From assembly GCA_017880715.1 (NCBI GenBank), contig JADGRT010000019.1, forward strand, positions 1 to 15,769: a stretch of DNA of 15,769 nt. The letters are read 5' to 3'. Source of the stretch: Verrucomicrobiia bacterium. Its GTDB lineage: Bacteria; Verrucomicrobiota; Verrucomicrobiia; Limisphaerales; UBA1319. Within the stretch, counting starts at the first letter, position 1. Each line of letters begins with the position of its first letter. The notes under the pieces were generated by a model. The model was not told the origin of the DNA. It saw nothing but the letters and a program-made list of their open reading frames with translations, and did no database searches. This document shows positions 13,379 through 15,769 of the stretch, in pieces. The position numbers and the translations under genes were made by a program.

Positions 13379-15481
13379 ATGAAACTCACTACTACCCGAA
13401 TGATCGTTCTGCTCGCCTGTTTTTGGACGGCAGGCGCCGCTCGCGCCGCCGACCCGATACTCTTCGATTTCGGCCTCCCTTTTGATGGCGGTCAGGTGAC
13501 CACACAGGACGCCCAGGCTTCGGTTGTCAAGTCCGTCACGGGGACGGTTTTGCGCGTCACCACCGGACATCAGCAATCGTGGCCCGGCGTCACGCTGCGG
13601 GCGCCGGGAGGGCGATGGGATCTGTCGGCCTTCGGTTCCCTCGCGCTGCCGGTGAAGAATTCCGGAACGAACAAGGTGACGGTTTCCTGCCGAGTGGATA
13701 ATCCCGGCGCCGATGGCAAGACGAATTGCGTGACGGCCTCGATCACGCTTGATCCTGGGCAAAGCGACACGCTAAAAGTGCCGCTGACTCGCGCCAGCGG
13801 CAGCAAGCTTGGGGGAAAGCTTTTCGGTTTGCGCGGTTACCCGGTCGCCTCCGGCGGCGCGGGCACGGTGGATCCGAAAAACCTCGCGCAACTATTGATC
13901 TTCCTGACCCAGCCGAAAGCGGATCATGCGTTCGAGGTTGGCAACGTTCGCGCCATCGGCAGTTATACGCCGCCGACGGCCTGGGTGACGGATGCCGATC
14001 CCTTTTTCCCGTTCATCGACACCTTTGGCCAATACAAACACAAGGCGTGGCCCGGCAAGACAAAATCACTGGACGACCTCGCCGCCAAACGCGCGCAGGA
14101 AGCGAAGGATCTCGCCGCGCAGCCCGGACCGGAGGGCTGGGACAAATACGGCGGCTGGGCCGCGGGACCCCAGCTCAAGGCCACCGGTTTTTTTCGCACC
14201 GAGAAAATCGAGGGCAAGTGGTGGCTGGTGGATCCGGACGGGCGGCTGTTTTTCTCGCAGGGCATCGATTGCGTGCGCATGCTCGATAACACGCCGATCG
14301 AGGAGCGCGCGAGCTGGTTCGAGGATTTTCCCGGAGCCCGGCCGGAGTTTCAAGAATTCCTGGGGAGCGGCTATGCGCTCCATGGCTATTATGCCGGTCG
14401 CACGCCGAAGTGTTTCTCTTTTACGGGCGCGAACCTCGTCCGAAAATACGGCCCGGATTGGCGGAAGGTCTATCCTGAAGTCATTCACCAGCGGTTGCGC
14501 AGTTGGGGCCTGAACACCATCGCCAACTGGTCTGACGAAGGCACGCGCTTGCTGCGCCGGACGCCCTACACGGACGCCGTGGGTTCGGGTCGCACCCAGA
14601 TGATGGAAGGCAGCGAAGGTTACTGGGGGAAATTCCCCGACGTGTTCGATCCGAGCTTTACGGAGAGCCTGCGCCGCTCGATGGCGGTCAAGTCGGGCAA
14701 AAGCGCGGGTGACCCGTGGTGCCTTGGTTATTTCTCCGACAACGAAATGGCCTGGGGCGATGAATTCTCCCTGGCCTTGGGCGCGCTAAAATCGCCATCC
14801 GAACAGGCCGCCAAGCAGGCGTTGGTTGCGGATCTCAAGGCGAAATATGGCGACATCGCCAAACTCAATGAGGTTTGGGGCACGGCGCATGCCTCGTGGG
14901 ACGCGTTGCTCCAGAGCCGTGACGCGCCGGACCGGCAGAAAGCCGGCGACGATCTAAAGGCCTTTTATACCAGGACGGCCGAACAGTACTTCCGCACCGT
15001 GCGCGACACGATCAAAGCCGTCGCGCCGAACCAGCTTTACCTGGGCTGTCGCTTTGCGTGGGTGAACCCCCTTGCCGCGGCGGCCGCCGCCAAGTATTGC
15101 GACGTGGTGAGCTACAATCTGTACCAGCGCGGCGTGGCGGACTTTCAATTCAACGGCGGCGCGGACGTGCCGCTCATGATTGGCGAGTTCCACTTCGGCG
15201 CGCTTGACCGTGGCATGTTTCACACGGGCCTGGTGCCGGTGGCCAGCCAGGAAGCCCGGGCGCAGACCTATCAGGATTATGTCCGCAGTGCGCTACGGCA
15301 TCCTCAATTCGTCGGTTGCCACTGGTTTCAATACCAGGACGAGCCGGCCACCGGCCGGGTTTACGACGAGGAGAATTACCAGATCGGCTTCGTCGATGTT
15401 GCCGATACACCCTATCGCGAAACGATTGACGCCAGCCGCCAGGTGGGGAAGACGCTGTACTCAACCCGGCTGGGCAAGTAA
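13379..15481 (+). CDS. Secreted glycoside hydrolase. It has an N-terminal beta-sandwich (CBM-like) domain and a clan GH-A-type (beta/alpha)8 catalytic domain. The family is not assigned.
   Basis: Signal peptide MKLTTTRMIVLLACFWTAGAARAADP. Candidate acid/base in YFSDNEMAWG (an NE-type clan GH-A motif) and candidate nucleophile in LMIGEFHFG. Starts 15 nt after the Fur-family stop. Confidence 0.65.
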   Translation: MKLTTTRMIVLLACFWTAGAARAADPILFDFGLPFDGGQVTTQDAQASVVKSVTGTVLRVTTGHQQSWPGVTLRAPGGRWDLSAFGSLALPVKNSGTNKVTVSCRVDNPGADGKTNCVTASITLDPGQSDTLKVPLTRASGSKLGGKLFGLRGYPVASGGAGTVDPKNLAQLLIFLTQPKADHAFEVGNVRAIGSYTPPTAWVTDADPFFPFIDTFGQYKHKAWPGKTKSLDDLAAKRAQEAKDLAAQPGPEGWDKYGGWAAGPQLKATGFFRTEKIEGKWWLVDPDGRLFFSQGIDCVRMLDNTPIEERASWFEDFPGARPEFQEFLGSGYALHGYYAGRTPKCFSFTGANLVRKYGPDWRKVYPEVIHQRLRSWGLNTIANWSDEGTRLLRRTPYTDAVGSGRTQMMEGSEGYWGKFPDVFDPSFTESLRRSMAVKSGKSAGDPWCLGYFSDNEMAWGDEFSLALGALKSPSEQAAKQALVADLKAKYGDIAKLNEVWGTAHASWDALLQSRDAPDRQKAGDDLKAFYTRTAEQYFRTVRDTIKAVAPNQLYLGCRFAWVNPLAAAAAAKYCDVVSYNLYQRGVADFQFNGGADVPLMIGEFHFGALDRGMFHTGLVPVASQEARAQTYQDYVRSALRHPQFVGCHWFQYQDEPATGRVYDEENYQIGFVDVADTPYRETIDASRQVGKTLYSTRLGK

Positions 15482-15493
15482 GTCTATGGCCAG

Positions 15494-15598
15494 TGTTCGA
15501 TGTTCGTCTTTTCCGATGTTCGGAGGGCGGAGGACTGAGGAAAGGCTGAAGGCTAAAGGCTGAAGGGCAGAACGCGGAAAAGACGAACATTGTCGAGG
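15494..15598. repeat. Perfect 16-bp inverted repeat (ATGTTCGTCTTTTCCG at 15500-15515 pairing with CGGAAAAGACGAACAT at 15576-15591) around a 60-nt spacer containing a tandem AGGCTGAAGG / AGGCTGAAGG motif. Candidate stem-loop, terminator or small repeat element 3' of the GH gene.
   Basis: Seen directly in the sequence. The left arm is also partially duplicated in direct orientation (CGATGTTCG ... GATGTTCGG). No U-tract follows. Confidence 0.4.
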
Positions 15599-15769
15599 TA
15601 GGGACGCCAGTCGCCTGGCGCCCCCCTCACAGATCCCGGCGGGCGGTATTCCCGCACCGGGCTCTTCAAACTAACACGCTGTGTATCGCCCGCAGGAAGG
15701 TTTGCCAGTTTTGGTCCGTCATTCTTACGGCATCTGGTTGCCTGTGCGTGCTTCGTTAGCCTGTTCGTC

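Noticed and set aside
1-15769. CRISPR arrays, IS elements, integrases, rRNA and tRNA genes
   Set aside because: I scanned for regularly spaced direct repeats of 24-40 bp, terminal inverted repeats flanking transposase-like ORFs, and tRNA cloverleaf signatures. None were found.

Overview
High-GC bacterial chromosomal segment (roughly 60% GC by eye). Most genes lack a strong Shine-Dalgarno sequence and several pairs are tightly coupled. A Verrucomicrobia-, Acidobacteria- or Planctomycetes-like origin is my guess only.

Gene content, left to right:
- Minus strand: a heme-biosynthesis operon (CcsA/HemX-like membrane protein, hemA, hemC).
- Minus strand, directly upstream of it: a clear type-A RNase P RNA (rnpB). 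The ORF track cannot see it and covers it with spurious ORFs.
- Plus strand, divergent from rnpB: a 782-aa OPT-family oligopeptide transporter.
- Minus strand: a convergent VapBC (AbrB/SpoVT antitoxin plus PIN toxin) pair, with three GTAAGG direct repeats at 13-bp spacing just upstream of vapB.
- Plus strand: a secreted S46 (DPP7/DPP11-type) dipeptidyl-peptidase.
- Minus strand: the most unusual block, a tightly coupled operon of NfeD-like protein, flotillin (SPFH), a small Zn-ribbon protein, a beta-class carbonic anhydrase and a PLDc_N small membrane protein.
- Plus strand, divergent from that operon: a Fur-family regulator followed 15 nt later by a secreted clan GH-A-like glycoside hydrolase.

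The divergent NfeD/Fur intergenic region carries an ~80-nt imperfect hairpin. A 16-bp perfect inverted repeat enclosing a tandem GGCTGAAGG motif follows the glycoside hydrolase. No CRISPR array, rRNA, tRNA or obvious mobile element was found. The long antisense ORFs in the track are high-GC artefacts.
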